From: Fibrobacterota bacterium
GTDB lineage: Bacteria; Fibrobacterota; Fibrobacteria; UBA11236
DNA length: 64,000 nt
Direction: 5' to 3'
Assembly: GCA_947466585.1 (NCBI GenBank)
Contig: CANIEU010000005.1
Coordinates: 64,412 to 128,411, forward strand
Position 1 is the stretch's first letter. Each line of letters begins with the position of its first letter. Below are positions 1 through 9,741 of this stretch, in pieces. The notes beneath the pieces are model-generated. The model was not told where the DNA came from. It worked only from the letters and a program-made list of their open reading frames with translations, and made no database searches. Made by a program: the position numbers and the translations under genes.

Positions 1-887
1 CGCGCCCGTATCACGAATACCTCGGCTGGAACGGCGGCACCGACTTCGACACGCAAATCGTCGCCAAGATCAACGCGCCGGAACTGTTGGAGAAGGAACT
101 TTCGAAACCCTCATGGAAGGGCGACTCCATCGTTTTCTCCGGCGTCACGGATTGTTATCAACCCGCCGAAAGCGCGCTGAAAATCACCCGACGCTGCCTC
201 GAGGCTTGTCTGCGCCACGACACGCCCGTGGGCATCATCACCAAGTCGGTTCTGATTCTACGCGATCTCGATATTCTAGAGCAACTCGCGCATCTTGAAA
301 CCGGGCCCGGCGCCACCGCCTGCATCTCCATTCCGTTCTGGGATCCGAAAGACGCACGCGGCATGGAACCGTTCGTGGCGCCGCCCGAGGCGCGCTTTCG
401 CGCCCTCGAAAAACTTTCCGCTGCGGGCCTCCGTACCGGCATTTCGGTGAGCCCCATCATTCCCGGCTGGAACGATGCCGACATTCCCAAGATTTTAAAA
501 AGGGCGGGGGAGTGCGGTGCGTCTTTCGCGTTCTACACCTTGTTGCGGTTGCCTGGCGCCGTGGAACCGGTTTTCCTGTCGCGTCTCCGCCGCGATTTTC
601 CAGACCGTGCGGGCAAGGTGGAGCATCATCTGCGCGAGACGCACGGGGGAGAGCTCAAGCATCAGGGCTTCGGCGACCGCATGCGCGGCACGGGGAAAAT
701 GGCGGACGTGATTTCAGACCTGTTCAAGCTACACGTCCGCAAGAACGGCCTCGACTGCGGAGAACCGGGGAACATGCGCATCCCGCGACCTTCCCGGAGC
801 GGCGCGGCCTTTCCGCCGCTGGCGCTGGATAAGGCCGAAAAGTCGGAAAATCCTCAAATCCAGACGGATTTGTTTGGTCCGGTTTAA
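1..887 (+). CDS. Radical SAM protein, PA0069/Rv2578c (SplB-like) family, 5'-truncated by window edge
   Basis: Frame open from base 3 (RPYHEYLG...DFDTQIVAKINAPELL); SGVTDCYQPAE, IITKS and SPIIPGWND motifs; the CxxxCxxC motif would lie upstream of the window. Confidence 0.85.
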   Translation, partial: RPYHEYLGWNGGTDFDTQIVAKINAPELLEKELSKPSWKGDSIVFSGVTDCYQPAESALKITRRCLEACLRHDTPVGIITKSVLILRDLDILEQLAHLETGPGATACISIPFWDPKDARGMEPFVAPPEARFRALEKLSAAGLRTGISVSPIIPGWNDADIPKILKRAGECGASFAFYTLLRLPGAVEPVFLSRLRRDFPDRAGKVEHHLRETHGGELKHQGFGDRMRGTGKMADVISDLFKLHVRKNGLDCGEPGNMRIPRPSRSGAAFPPLALDKAEKSENPQIQTDLFGPV

Positions 888-2074
888 TCGAGAGAAAGGC
901 TCAACCGTTTCAACCCTTCCCGAAAAATCTCTGGCTCGGGTAAAAGGCTGATCACGATCGTTTCATCATCTTCGAAGTCGAAGAAGTATCCCGGCTGTAC
1001 GAGCACACCCTGCTCTTCCACCAGCCGGATCGCGAATTCCTCGTCGTCTTGGATTCCCTCACAACGCACGGGCAGACACCAACCGCCCTGCGGCCACAGG
1101 GGTTTGAGTCGGCTGTTCGCCGCGGCGATTTCCCGTAGCGCCTGAAGATTCTCAGCGATACGCTCGCGGATCGGCCCCTGAAATTCTCCACGACGCCGCA
1201 AGAGTTCCGGAGCCGCAAGCTGCGGCGCCGTGCCCGCGCTGAGATGCGCGTCACACATCCACTCCAAAAGATCCTTGGCCTTCCCAGTATCCGCTGCGTT
1301 GCCCGCCACATGGATCCACGCCAGCTTGAGTTGCGGAAGGCCCACCAGTTTCGAAAGGCCGTTGAGCGTGAACACCAACGGCCCGTCGGAATTGAGCAAT
1401 GCCGTCCGTGCTTCCGTGTTCAGGTAATCCGCAAACACCTCGTCCACGATCACCGCGAACCCGTGTTTGGAAGCGATATCGAGCAACCAGGCTGCGTCTT
1501 CGGGCGAAAGAATATTTCCCGTGGGATTATTGGGTTGCACCACGCAGAGAACGCGGAAGGTATGAGAAGGATCGGTGATCTGCGCGGTCAGGCTCTTCCG
1601 GTCGATACTCCAGGAAACGGTTCCTGCGTCCTCCCGCAGAATCAGTGGATACGTGTCGAACGCAAGCCCGGCCAGGTCCGCCAACGTTTCGAGCAGGGGA
1701 TAGGAAGGGCGTGGCACGAGGATCGTATCTCCCGGCTCGCAGAGCAGTTTGAACAAGTGGGCATAGGCCTCGGACGTGCCTGCTGTCAAAAACAAATCGT
1801 CCGGTTTAACGGACTCGCCCCGATCGGAGTAGTAGCCCGCGAGAGCGTCCCGAACGGAGCGCAAGCCTTTGGGGTCGGGATCGTAGCGACGGAGGGAATC
1901 TCCGACCAACAATCCCGTCCAATCCTCCGGGAATGTGATTCCGACGGCGGTGGGATTGGAAACGTTCAGGTCGAGAAGATCGGCTCCTGCGGCCTTGCGC
2001 GCTGCCAAAGCTTCAGAAAGCGGATTGGGGCCGTGATCGCGCCCCTCCCATCGGGCCGGGAAACGAAAGGACAC
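884..2074 (-). CDS. PLP-dependent aminotransferase class I/II
   Basis: PNNPTG, DEVFADY, NGLSKLVGLPQLKLAW (PLP lysine). Confidence 0.9.
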   Translation of the reverse strand: MSFRFPARWEGRDHGPNPLSEALAARKAAGADLLDLNVSNPTAVGITFPEDWTGLLVGDSLRRYDPDPKGLRSVRDALAGYYSDRGESVKPDDLFLTAGTSEAYAHLFKLLCEPGDTILVPRPSYPLLETLADLAGLAFDTYPLILREDAGTVSWSIDRKSLTAQITDPSHTFRVLCVVQPNNPTGNILSPEDAAWLLDIASKHGFAVIVDEVFADYLNTEARTALLNSDGPLVFTLNGLSKLVGLPQLKLAWIHVAGNAADTGKAKDLLEWMCDAHLSAGTAPQLAAPELLRRRGEFQGPIRERIAENLQALREIAAANSRLKPLWPQGGWCLPVRCEGIQDDEEFAIRLVEEQGVLVQPGYFFDFEDDETIVISLLPEPEIFREGLKRLSLSLD

Positions 2075-2093
2075 GGCGCCGGATTCCGTGGGA

Positions 2094-2987
2094 TCAGGCC
2101 GTGGTGCGTTCGCTGCGCACGAGATGCCCGAGGGCGCGCAGGTTCTCTGTGATACGCATCACGGAAGCGTGCTTGTTCAGGCAGTACAGGTGCAGACCGG
2201 CGACACCACCGCGCAACAATTCGTCGCACTGGCGCGTGGCATAAGCGACGCCGCGGTCGACCACGTCTTCGCCCTCGACGATTTCGCCGAGGAAGGCGGG
2301 GAGATCGGCCGGAATCCTGCATCCGGAGAGTTCTTCGAAGCGCGGGAGCTGTTTGATGTCGAGCACCGGCATGATACCGGCAACGAGAGGAAGGTCGATG
2401 CCCATCGCAACAGCGCGGTCGCGGAAGTGGAAAAAGTTCGCGTTTTCGAAAAAGAGTTGGCTGACCGCGAAGTCGGCACCATTGTCCTGCTTGAGTTTGA
2501 GCGCGTTCATGTCGGCCTCGAGTGAGGAGGCCTCAAGATGTTTCTCGGGGTAAAAGGCGCAACCGAGGGTGAAATCGAAGTTGTCCTTGATGAACCGGAT
2601 CAGGTCGCTCGCGTGGGCGAAGCCCTCGGGGTGAGGTTTGAAGCTGGTATCGCCCTTGGGCGGATCGCCGCGCAAGGCGAGAACGTGCCGGATGCCAGAG
2701 TCCCAGAGCTGTTGGAGGATGCCGTGAAGCTCGTCGCGTGAGTGGCCCACGCAGGTGAGATGCGCCATGGCCTCGATGCCCAGTTCACCCTGGATACGCC
2801 CCACCAGGTCGAGCGTTTTGGAGCGGGTGGATCCGCCGGCGCCGTAGGTCACCGAAACGAAATCGGGAGCCTGCTTGAGAGTTTCGCCAAGGGTCGAATA
2901 CAACGATGCCCAACCCGCCGGATTTTTGGGAGGGAAGAACTCATAAGAGAGGGTCGGGCCCTGGCGTAATTTTTCCAGAATAGACAT
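2094..2987 (-). CDS. metF: 5,10-methylenetetrahydrofolate reductase
   Basis: SYEFFPPK, VSVTYGAGGS, HLTC, LALRGDPP, SQLFF; start moved to MSILEK at 2987. Confidence 0.95.
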   Translation of the reverse strand: MSILEKLRQGPTLSYEFFPPKNPAGWASLYSTLGETLKQAPDFVSVTYGAGGSTRSKTLDLVGRIQGELGIEAMAHLTCVGHSRDELHGILQQLWDSGIRHVLALRGDPPKGDTSFKPHPEGFAHASDLIRFIKDNFDFTLGCAFYPEKHLEASSLEADMNALKLKQDNGADFAVSQLFFENANFFHFRDRAVAMGIDLPLVAGIMPVLDIKQLPRFEELSGCRIPADLPAFLGEIVEGEDVVDRGVAYATRQCDELLRGGVAGLHLYCLNKHASVMRITENLRALGHLVRSERTTA

Positions 2988-3080
2988 GGCGGGAAAGGTA
3001 CAAGCTTGCCCGGTAATTTTCGAAGGGCCGAAGGGTCGGTAATGAGAATGACGGCACCGAAAACCGTGTATTTTTCCTTC

Positions 3081-3824
3081 ATGCAATCCCAACCCTCCCG
3101 CCCTCGTGCTGGGCTCAATCCTCTCTTCCTGCTGATCCTGCTGACCTTCAGCGTGGTTCTCGGCGTCGTTAACAACCTGGTCAACCCCGACGGTACCGAC
3201 TGGGTCGGTAGTCCGCGGGTACTGCCGAAACCGCTGGATTGGCCGAGCCTTTCTGCTTCTGAGGGCTTCTCGGCCGGAGCCAAGTTCGCCTGGAGCGGTT
3301 TGTTGCAACATGCGCTTTGGGTGGCAGGAGCTTTGCTGGTGCTCGCCTTGGGGGCGGCCATGCTGCGCCAGCGTGCATCAGGACCTGCTCGTTGGGTCAT
3401 GAGCTGGCTGCGCGTTTTCTTCGGCGTCCTATTTTTGGCCGCCGCTTTTCCGAAATTCACCGACCCCGAAGGCTTCGCCATGATGGTGGCGCAATATCAA
3501 ATGCTGCCGGCCTTCGCCGTGAACGCGTTTTCGGTCTGGTTGCCGGCTTTGGAAATTACCGCGGGTCTCTCCTTGCTGTTGCTCCCTTGGGAGCGTGAAT
3601 CCACCGCCTTGGTGGGGCTTTTGATGGTAATGTTCATTGTGGCTCTGGCCCAGGCTCTCGGTCGTGATTTGGGCATCGCCTGCGGGTGCTTTGACATCAA
3701 AGGCGCCACTGATGCCGGGGAGACCTGGTTCGCCCTCTTGCGCGACGTGGTGTTGCTGGTCCCCATTTTTTGGATGTGGTGCCGGGCCGACCGCCGTCCC
3801 TTATGGCGCTTGTGGCGGTTCTGA
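3081..3824 (+). CDS. DoxX/MauE-family membrane protein
   Basis: LRVFFGVLFLAAAFPKFTDP...LPALEI...ACGCF...RD pattern of MauE/DoxX; several hydrophobic segments. Confidence 0.8.
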   Translation: MQSQPSRPRAGLNPLFLLILLTFSVVLGVVNNLVNPDGTDWVGSPRVLPKPLDWPSLSASEGFSAGAKFAWSGLLQHALWVAGALLVLALGAAMLRQRASGPARWVMSWLRVFFGVLFLAAAFPKFTDPEGFAMMVAQYQMLPAFAVNAFSVWLPALEITAGLSLLLLPWERESTALVGLLMVMFIVALAQALGRDLGIACGCFDIKGATDAGETWFALLRDVVLLVPIFWMWCRADRRPLWRLWRF

Positions 3825-4255
3825 AGGCCCGTTTGACCAAGAAAGAACGGCTATTCGATCCGGTGCGGGGGAAGTCCGTGCGTGCGCTCCCTGAAGAGCG
3901 CGTGCGGCTGCAACTGGCGGACTGGCTGATCAAAACGGTGGGGGTTCCCCAACGTCTACTGTCTGTCGAATACTCTTTGTCGCAACTCGATCCCCGAAGC
4001 CGGAAGCGTGCCGATCTGGTGGTGTGGAGGCCCGCGCTCGCTCATGCCGGGGAAGGGGGAGTGCTTCCGTGGTTGCTGGCCGAGTGCAAAGCTCCCGGTG
4101 TCGCATTAACCCAAGGTGTTGCCGATCAGGTACGCGGCTACGCGGAAAAGATTCGGGCGGAATACGTGGTGCTCACCAACGGGGTGGAAACGCGGTATTT
4201 CCAGTCTCGGGAAGGACGGTTTTTTGAGATCGTGAACCTTCCAAGCTTTGGCTGA
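3803..4255 (+). CDS. Stand-alone HsdR N-terminal (PD-(D/E)XK) domain protein
   Basis: PEERVR, VEYSL, RADLVV, LLAECKAP, QVRGY, VLTNG. Confidence 0.85.
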   Translation: MALVAVLKARLTKKERLFDPVRGKSVRALPEERVRLQLADWLIKTVGVPQRLLSVEYSLSQLDPRSRKRADLVVWRPALAHAGEGGVLPWLLAECKAPGVALTQGVADQVRGYAEKIRAEYVVLTNGVETRYFQSREGRFFEIVNLPSFG

Positions 4256-4271
4256 AACTATTTGAAGAGAC

Positions 4272-4308
4272 AAAAAAAAGAGGAGGCTTTCGCCTCCTCT
4301 TTTTTTTT
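4272..4308. terminator. Bidirectional intrinsic terminator
   Basis: A8-GAGGAGGC-TTTC-GCCTCCTC-T9 between convergent genes. Confidence 0.9.
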
Positions 4309-4324
4309 CATCCGACAGTGCGGA

Positions 4325-6310
4325 TTATTTCTGCGGGAACGCTGCCACGCCTGTTTGGAAGGGCAGGTAGTTCGTGTTGAGGTCTTCGCCGTACTTGGCC
4401 CAGACCCGTTGAGCGTTGTCGGTTACCGTGACATATTCACAGTTTCCGCCGCGGAGTTGGACCTTGCTCATGTTGAAGGCGTTCGGCAAGGTGAAGTGCT
4501 CGTACACCGTCCAAGTGGTGAAGTCGATAACGCGTAAATAGGCCGATCCAGCGAGGTAGGCAAATTTGTCGCCGCAAATATCGATATCTTCGGGTGAGTT
4601 CATGGCATCCGGACCATACCACCAAGACCCCGGAAGTCCACCGACGTGAATCGCCGCGCGACCCGTCGAGGAGCCAGTGGGAATGGTGTAGATCGAGAAA
4701 ATCTGGTCACCCAATTTCACGTTCTGTGCAGGTCCCGCAGTTTCCGGCGAGTACAGGGTATACCACGCTCCACTGGTTCCTTGCTTGGCAAAGACAGTAC
4801 CGCCGTCGAGCACAATCAGAAGACCATTTCGAACGGCAAAGTCCGTCATGGAAGTCGCCGCCGGTGATACCCAATCTGTGGACCAAACACTCGGGTTGCT
4901 GGCAAGATACTTCGACCGAAGGCTCGGGTTGGTCCAATCCGGAACGCGCATCGTGAGGCGTTCGCCATCCTGACGGAAGTTGGAAATTCCCGCAATCCAT
5001 TGGTTCACCCAAGCGCCCGTAGGTGTTTTGGTGTAGAGGTTTCCATCGGTACTTTTGGCGGTCATATAACCACGGCTGTACTGGAATAACGTGACCGTAC
5101 CACTCGTTCCGGATCCAGGCCAGATCTGAACGTTCGATCCACCTGCTCCAAGGCGGCGATAGACATAGCCGTTGTTTTTGGAGAAGATGAGAGTGTCGCC
5201 TTCGGTAAAGAATTGATTCACATCCGTTGCGATCGTGTTGTAACCTTCATACCCAACGATCGACAGGTTGTTGTTGGTCAGCTTGACCGTGAGACCATGT
5301 GTTGGGTACAGAGTGCTGAAAGCCTTGAGGTCACCCGCCGTCAGGTTCGGGGTCGAAGAAGTCGTCGTGCCGTAGGTGAGAATCGAACTTCCCGGAGTCC
5401 AAGCGTCGCCATCGTTCACCGGCGTTCCGGGAATGTTGATGAGGCTTCCCATGTTCCAATAAAGGCCTTCCATACCTGTAAAGCCAACGTTTGTGGCCAA
5501 GGCGAAAAGGCTCATGACGACGGTCGTTTTTTGGTTTTGCGGGATGTTGCTCTCGTAACCCGTGTTCACCCACAGCGAAATGCCATCGGGTTCGACCAGT
5601 TCGTCGGGCGTAAGAACGGCGGTGCTGGTGTTCGTACCGTCAGGACCGATGCCGTACGAGCCGCGGATGGAAACGTCGTGGTTCGTGGATGAAGAAGTTT
5701 CGACAAACGAAATGGCAGTGCCTTTGGCCTGTGCGTTCCAGTTGGCGATGGCGGCACGCGCGGCGGATTGCCAGTTCGGGCCAATGCGGCCGGCGCCGGT
5801 TGTGTAGATGTAAACCTTGATCTGGTATACTTCCGGCAGCGCTTTGACATCAAACAAGCCGCTCCAGTAATCCCAACGCGTGTGCGCTTTCTTGGCGCCG
5901 GTCAAAAGATCGACTCCGCCCTTGTCCAGCTCGTTTTTCTTCCAGCGTGCGCGCAATTCACGCACCGTCTTGGCGCGCAAGCTAATGCTGTTGCGACGGG
6001 TGCCCTTGGTCTTGTCATTTTCCGAAAGGGTCGGGGTCATCATGTACAAGGTGTCGACACCAGCGGAGTCGAGTGTCGACACTCCGGAGAGCGCTGCCGG
6101 GGAGGCGGGATCGACATAGGACACGTAAATCATTTCACGCGCGACCCCGAGGGTATCCACGAGAAAGGAAAGCAGCGGATCACCGGTACCTGCTGAAGTC
6201 TTAACCGCACCTGAACTTGTGGTCGGGGTCTCGTTGAGACAACCGGTCAATAGGAGGGTAACGAACGTAAACGCCGCTGCAAAGATGCGGTAAAATTTTT
6301 GAGACGTCAT
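4325..6310 (-). CDS. Lipoprotein with degenerate M57-like metallopeptidase domain and C-terminal repeat (probable beta-propeller) domain
   Basis: Lipobox LLTGC; AAIANWN, IPGTP and GDLKAFSTLYP resemble M57; no HExxH; Trp/Gly-rich repeats such as LYTKTPTGAW and VFAKQGTSGAW. Confidence 0.7.
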   Translation of the reverse strand: MTSQKFYRIFAAAFTFVTLLLTGCLNETPTTSSGAVKTSAGTGDPLLSFLVDTLGVAREMIYVSYVDPASPAALSGVSTLDSAGVDTLYMMTPTLSENDKTKGTRRNSISLRAKTVRELRARWKKNELDKGGVDLLTGAKKAHTRWDYWSGLFDVKALPEVYQIKVYIYTTGAGRIGPNWQSAARAAIANWNAQAKGTAISFVETSSSTNHDVSIRGSYGIGPDGTNTSTAVLTPDELVEPDGISLWVNTGYESNIPQNQKTTVVMSLFALATNVGFTGMEGLYWNMGSLINIPGTPVNDGDAWTPGSSILTYGTTTSSTPNLTAGDLKAFSTLYPTHGLTVKLTNNNLSIVGYEGYNTIATDVNQFFTEGDTLIFSKNNGYVYRRLGAGGSNVQIWPGSGTSGTVTLFQYSRGYMTAKSTDGNLYTKTPTGAWVNQWIAGISNFRQDGERLTMRVPDWTNPSLRSKYLASNPSVWSTDWVSPAATSMTDFAVRNGLLIVLDGGTVFAKQGTSGAWYTLYSPETAGPAQNVKLGDQIFSIYTIPTGSSTGRAAIHVGGLPGSWWYGPDAMNSPEDIDICGDKFAYLAGSAYLRVIDFTTWTVYEHFTLPNAFNMSKVQLRGGNCEYVTVTDNAQRVWAKYGEDLNTNYLPFQTGVAAFPQK

Positions 6311-6586
6311 TTGAAAAACTCATTCTTGGACACCAGAAAATGCCACGGAATTTCAAACAATCAAACAGCCGTTCGTGGCCGGCGTGATAAAACCCCTATC
6401 GGACTTGTACAATATAATGACCTAAATATGCCTTGTGTGAACATGCTTTGTTACACAATTACCCCGTTCTGTCACTTACCTTCCCTAATAGTTAAAACAC
6501 AGTAAATTAATCAATTTTCAACTCAAAAAATGCCATTTTATGGCCGGTGTAAACACATGCAGCCCCTTATAGGGGCACATCAGGCC

Positions 6587-7765
6587 TTAAATTTTGGAAC
6601 AAATGGCAAATTTAAGGTATTTGCCCTCCGGAAACGCAAAATTATAGGGGTGATCGAAGGGTTGCTCTCTGCTTTCCAGCAATTTCAACCCGCATTTAGC
6701 TTGGACGGAAGCGTAGTGCAAAATCGAGAGAAAGGCGGGGCTGTCCAGATGGGTTGTACACGATGAGCTTACCAGAAGCCCACCTTCGGGCAAAGCATTG
6801 AGTGCACATCGATTGAGCGCCGTGTAGGCCTTCAAGGCATTCTTGAGCTGCTTTTGACTTTTAGCCATGGAGGGTGGGTCGATGATGATGCAATCGAACT
6901 CGCCCGGCTTGAGGTTCGCGAGGGCTTCGAAAGCATCTTCCGTCCGAAATTCAGACGCCGGATAGTCGAATCCGTTTGCGGCGAGGTTGCGCCGGCATAA
7001 TTCCATGGCCGGGCCGGAAGCGTCGAGGCTCACGACGCGCCTTGCGCCCGCAGTGGCGGCATACACCGAAAACCCGCCGGAGTAGGAGAACACATTGAGT
7101 ACCGACCTGCCCTTGCACCAACGTTGCAACGCAAGGCGGTTTTCCCGTTGATCGAGAAAGAAGCCGGTCTTTTGGCCCTTGAGAAGGTCTGCGATGAAGG
7201 TGCGTCCGTTCTCGCGGAAGGTGACTTCCCCGTCGCATTTTCCATACACCACGCCTACGGGTTGATCGACCATCCCCTCCATGCGCCGAACGGCGAGGTC
7301 ACTGCGTTCGATCACCGCCTGTGGCTGATGCACCTGCACCAGAGCATTCAAAATCGGTGTGCGCAGCAGGTCCATACCCTTGGTGTGGAGTTGAAAGACG
7401 AGGTGGCCTGCGTAATGATCGACGATTAGTCCCGGACAGCCATCCGCTTCGGCGAAGGCCACGCGCCAGGCATCCGTGTCGCCGGGCAGCCAGGCGGCGC
7501 GTTCGGCTTTCAACCGTTCGAACAGGCGCACGAAAAAGCCTTCGTCGACGGTTTCGTCACGCCGGGAAAGCATGCGCACGGCAATGTCTGTCCGGGAGTT
7601 GTAATAACCGGTTCCGAGGATTTCATTGTCACAGGTGACGGTAACGAGCGCTCCGTCGGGCACCTGCGGTGCCTCCATCAGGGCCCGGGAAAAAATCCAC
7701 GGGTGACCGGCAAGAATGCTTTTACGACGTTCGGGGCGCAGGCGGGCGACAGGATAATGCGGCAT
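6587..7765 (-). CDS. rlmI: Class I SAM-dependent rRNA methyltransferase, RlmI-like
   Basis: GHPWIF (PUA), EADGCPGLIVDHY, GQKTGFFLDQRENR, FSYSGGF, DPPS, SSC. Confidence 0.85.
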   Translation of the reverse strand: MPHYPVARLRPERRKSILAGHPWIFSRALMEAPQVPDGALVTVTCDNEILGTGYYNSRTDIAVRMLSRRDETVDEGFFVRLFERLKAERAAWLPGDTDAWRVAFAEADGCPGLIVDHYAGHLVFQLHTKGMDLLRTPILNALVQVHQPQAVIERSDLAVRRMEGMVDQPVGVVYGKCDGEVTFRENGRTFIADLLKGQKTGFFLDQRENRLALQRWCKGRSVLNVFSYSGGFSVYAATAGARRVVSLDASGPAMELCRRNLAANGFDYPASEFRTEDAFEALANLKPGEFDCIIIDPPSMAKSQKQLKNALKAYTALNRCALNALPEGGLLVSSSCTTHLDSPAFLSILHYASVQAKCGLKLLESREQPFDHPYNFAFPEGKYLKFAICSKI

Positions 7766-7844
7766 GGGCGTCGGAAGTTAGCTAACCGGGCGCGGCGGGG
7801 GTTTGTCGGCGGTATATTTCCGGCAACGTCCGCCCGAGGTTGCC

Positions 7845-9638
7845 ATGATCAGCAAGAACCGTTCAAACTCACCCGGATATTCCGTTTGGCAACGCCTCGC
7901 GAAGGGCGCGTGCGCCTTCGTGTGCATTTGCGCGCTGGGATGGCCGGCTACGGCGCATGCGCAGGATCCGCCGCTGACGCAGTATCAGGCGACCGTGTTG
8001 TCGCGCGGCTTGTCGAACCCCACCAGCATCGCCTTTCATCCAGACGGTCGCATTTACATCACGCAAAAGAGTGGGCGCATCCGCCTAGTCAACCCCGTGA
8101 CCGGCGATAGCACCATCGCCGCCACGCTGCCGGCGGCCAACGTACGTGAGGACGGCCTCCAAAGTCTCGTGCTGGATCCGAATTTCGCGATCAACAGGTG
8201 GGTGTATGTCCTGTTTTCGGAACGGATGACTGGAGATAGTTCGCTTGTAGTGGCCCGCTACGTTACCGACTCAGCCACCGGCGCACTGCTGACCGGAACC
8301 CGGGCGACCTTGCTGAAAATTCCCTACACCTTGAACAGCAGCACCGCCGAGCACACCAACGGCTATTTGGCCTTCGGGCCAGAGGGTAATCTTTATGTCG
8401 CGCTCGCGGACAATACTCAAAACATCTTTAGCGGGACGGGCGCGGGATACGCCCCGCGCGACCCGACGCGCCCGCTGTACGACGCGCAACGCAGCGCCGC
8501 GAACACGAACGATTTGCGTGGCAAAATCCTACGTATTCACCCCGAGGCGAACGGCACGTACTCGATCCCCGCGGGTAACCTGAAGGACTCGATCAACAAT
8601 CCCGCGTTCAACCCGAATTGGAAGACTTCCGAGGACACGCTGTCGAAGGTGAGGTCCGAGATTTTCGTGATGGGGTTGCGTCATCCGTTCCGGATCACCG
8701 TCGATGCGCAAACCGGTTGGTTGTATTGGGCAGAGCCCGGCCCGAACGCATCCGCCGATAATGCCTCGCAAGGCCCGCGCGGTTATGAAGTGGTGGGGTT
8801 GGCGAAGGGGCCGGGCAATTACGGCTGGCCTTATTGCCGCGGCAACCCCGCCTTGATCCAAAAGGCTTCCGGAGTTACAGGAAAATTCTGTTACACCGCC
8901 TACAATTATTCCGGTTCGGGTACTGCGGGTGCGATGTACAATCCCGACAGCCTGCGCAACACGTCGATCAACAACACCGGCATCACGAACCTTCCACCCA
9001 TGCGTACGCACGCGGTGTGGTACGCTTACAATTCCACCGGTTCATCCTTTCCCATCTTCGGGAGCGGGAACGGATCCAACGCCGGCATGCTGGGGCCGAT
9101 CTACAACTACAACCCTTCCGGCAGCTCCTCGCGCCTTCCCTCGGTTTTCGATCGTCACGTTTTCATCGTGGAATGGCAGCGCAACCTTCTTTATGTGGCC
9201 CGGGCCGATTCGGCGGGGGGCATCGGCGGTTTGCGCCCCTTCCGCAATGTCAGTGGTGCGCGCGACAGCGTGGTGAATGGGCCGATCGACATCAAGATCG
9301 GGCCGGACGGCGCGCTCTATTTCCTGAACTGGGTGGGCAACAACTACACCAACAATTCCGGTAACGGCACCTTGGTTCGCTTCGCGTACACGGGAACGCA
9401 GACCGGAATCGCCCACCCGTATGGAGTGAGGGGGATCGGGAACGTCTCGGGGCAACTCTACGTTGCGGGTACCGGTGGCGTCCTCGCCTGGCCGGGCGGT
9501 GCCCTGCGGGCCGACTTTTACGCGCTCACCGGGGAACGCATCGGCAGCACCCGCCGCGCCGACCTGACGGGCACCCCGGTTTTACGCTACCCGGAAAGCG
9601 TCCGGGGCGTCGTCCGCGTAAGGTTTGAAGGCCGCTGA
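7845..9638 (+). CDS. Secreted PQQ-dependent sugar dehydrogenase (glucose/sorbosone dehydrogenase family)
   Basis: Signal peptide ending AHA-Q; EDGLQSLVLDPNF, LRGKILRI, GLRHPFR, NYGWPY, GPDGALY; GAGGT SD before ATG 7845. Confidence 0.85.
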   Translation: MISKNRSNSPGYSVWQRLAKGACAFVCICALGWPATAHAQDPPLTQYQATVLSRGLSNPTSIAFHPDGRIYITQKSGRIRLVNPVTGDSTIAATLPAANVREDGLQSLVLDPNFAINRWVYVLFSERMTGDSSLVVARYVTDSATGALLTGTRATLLKIPYTLNSSTAEHTNGYLAFGPEGNLYVALADNTQNIFSGTGAGYAPRDPTRPLYDAQRSAANTNDLRGKILRIHPEANGTYSIPAGNLKDSINNPAFNPNWKTSEDTLSKVRSEIFVMGLRHPFRITVDAQTGWLYWAEPGPNASADNASQGPRGYEVVGLAKGPGNYGWPYCRGNPALIQKASGVTGKFCYTAYNYSGSGTAGAMYNPDSLRNTSINNTGITNLPPMRTHAVWYAYNSTGSSFPIFGSGNGSNAGMLGPIYNYNPSGSSSRLPSVFDRHVFIVEWQRNLLYVARADSAGGIGGLRPFRNVSGARDSVVNGPIDIKIGPDGALYFLNWVGNNYTNNSGNGTLVRFAYTGTQTGIAHPYGVRGIGNVSGQLYVAGTGGVLAWPGGALRADFYALTGERIGSTRRADLTGTPVLRYPESVRGVVRVRFEGR

Positions 9639-9741
9639 CGCGGGGGTGGTTCTTCCCGCTTCTTTTTGGGATAATACCCGCTCAAAGAGTTATTTTAGCC
9701 CCTCATTCCTGCGTTCGGCGGGTGTGAACAAGCGAGGTTTC

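Noticed and set aside
3803..4255. Type I restriction-modification or defence island
   Set aside because: Only the small nuclease-fold domain is present, among housekeeping genes
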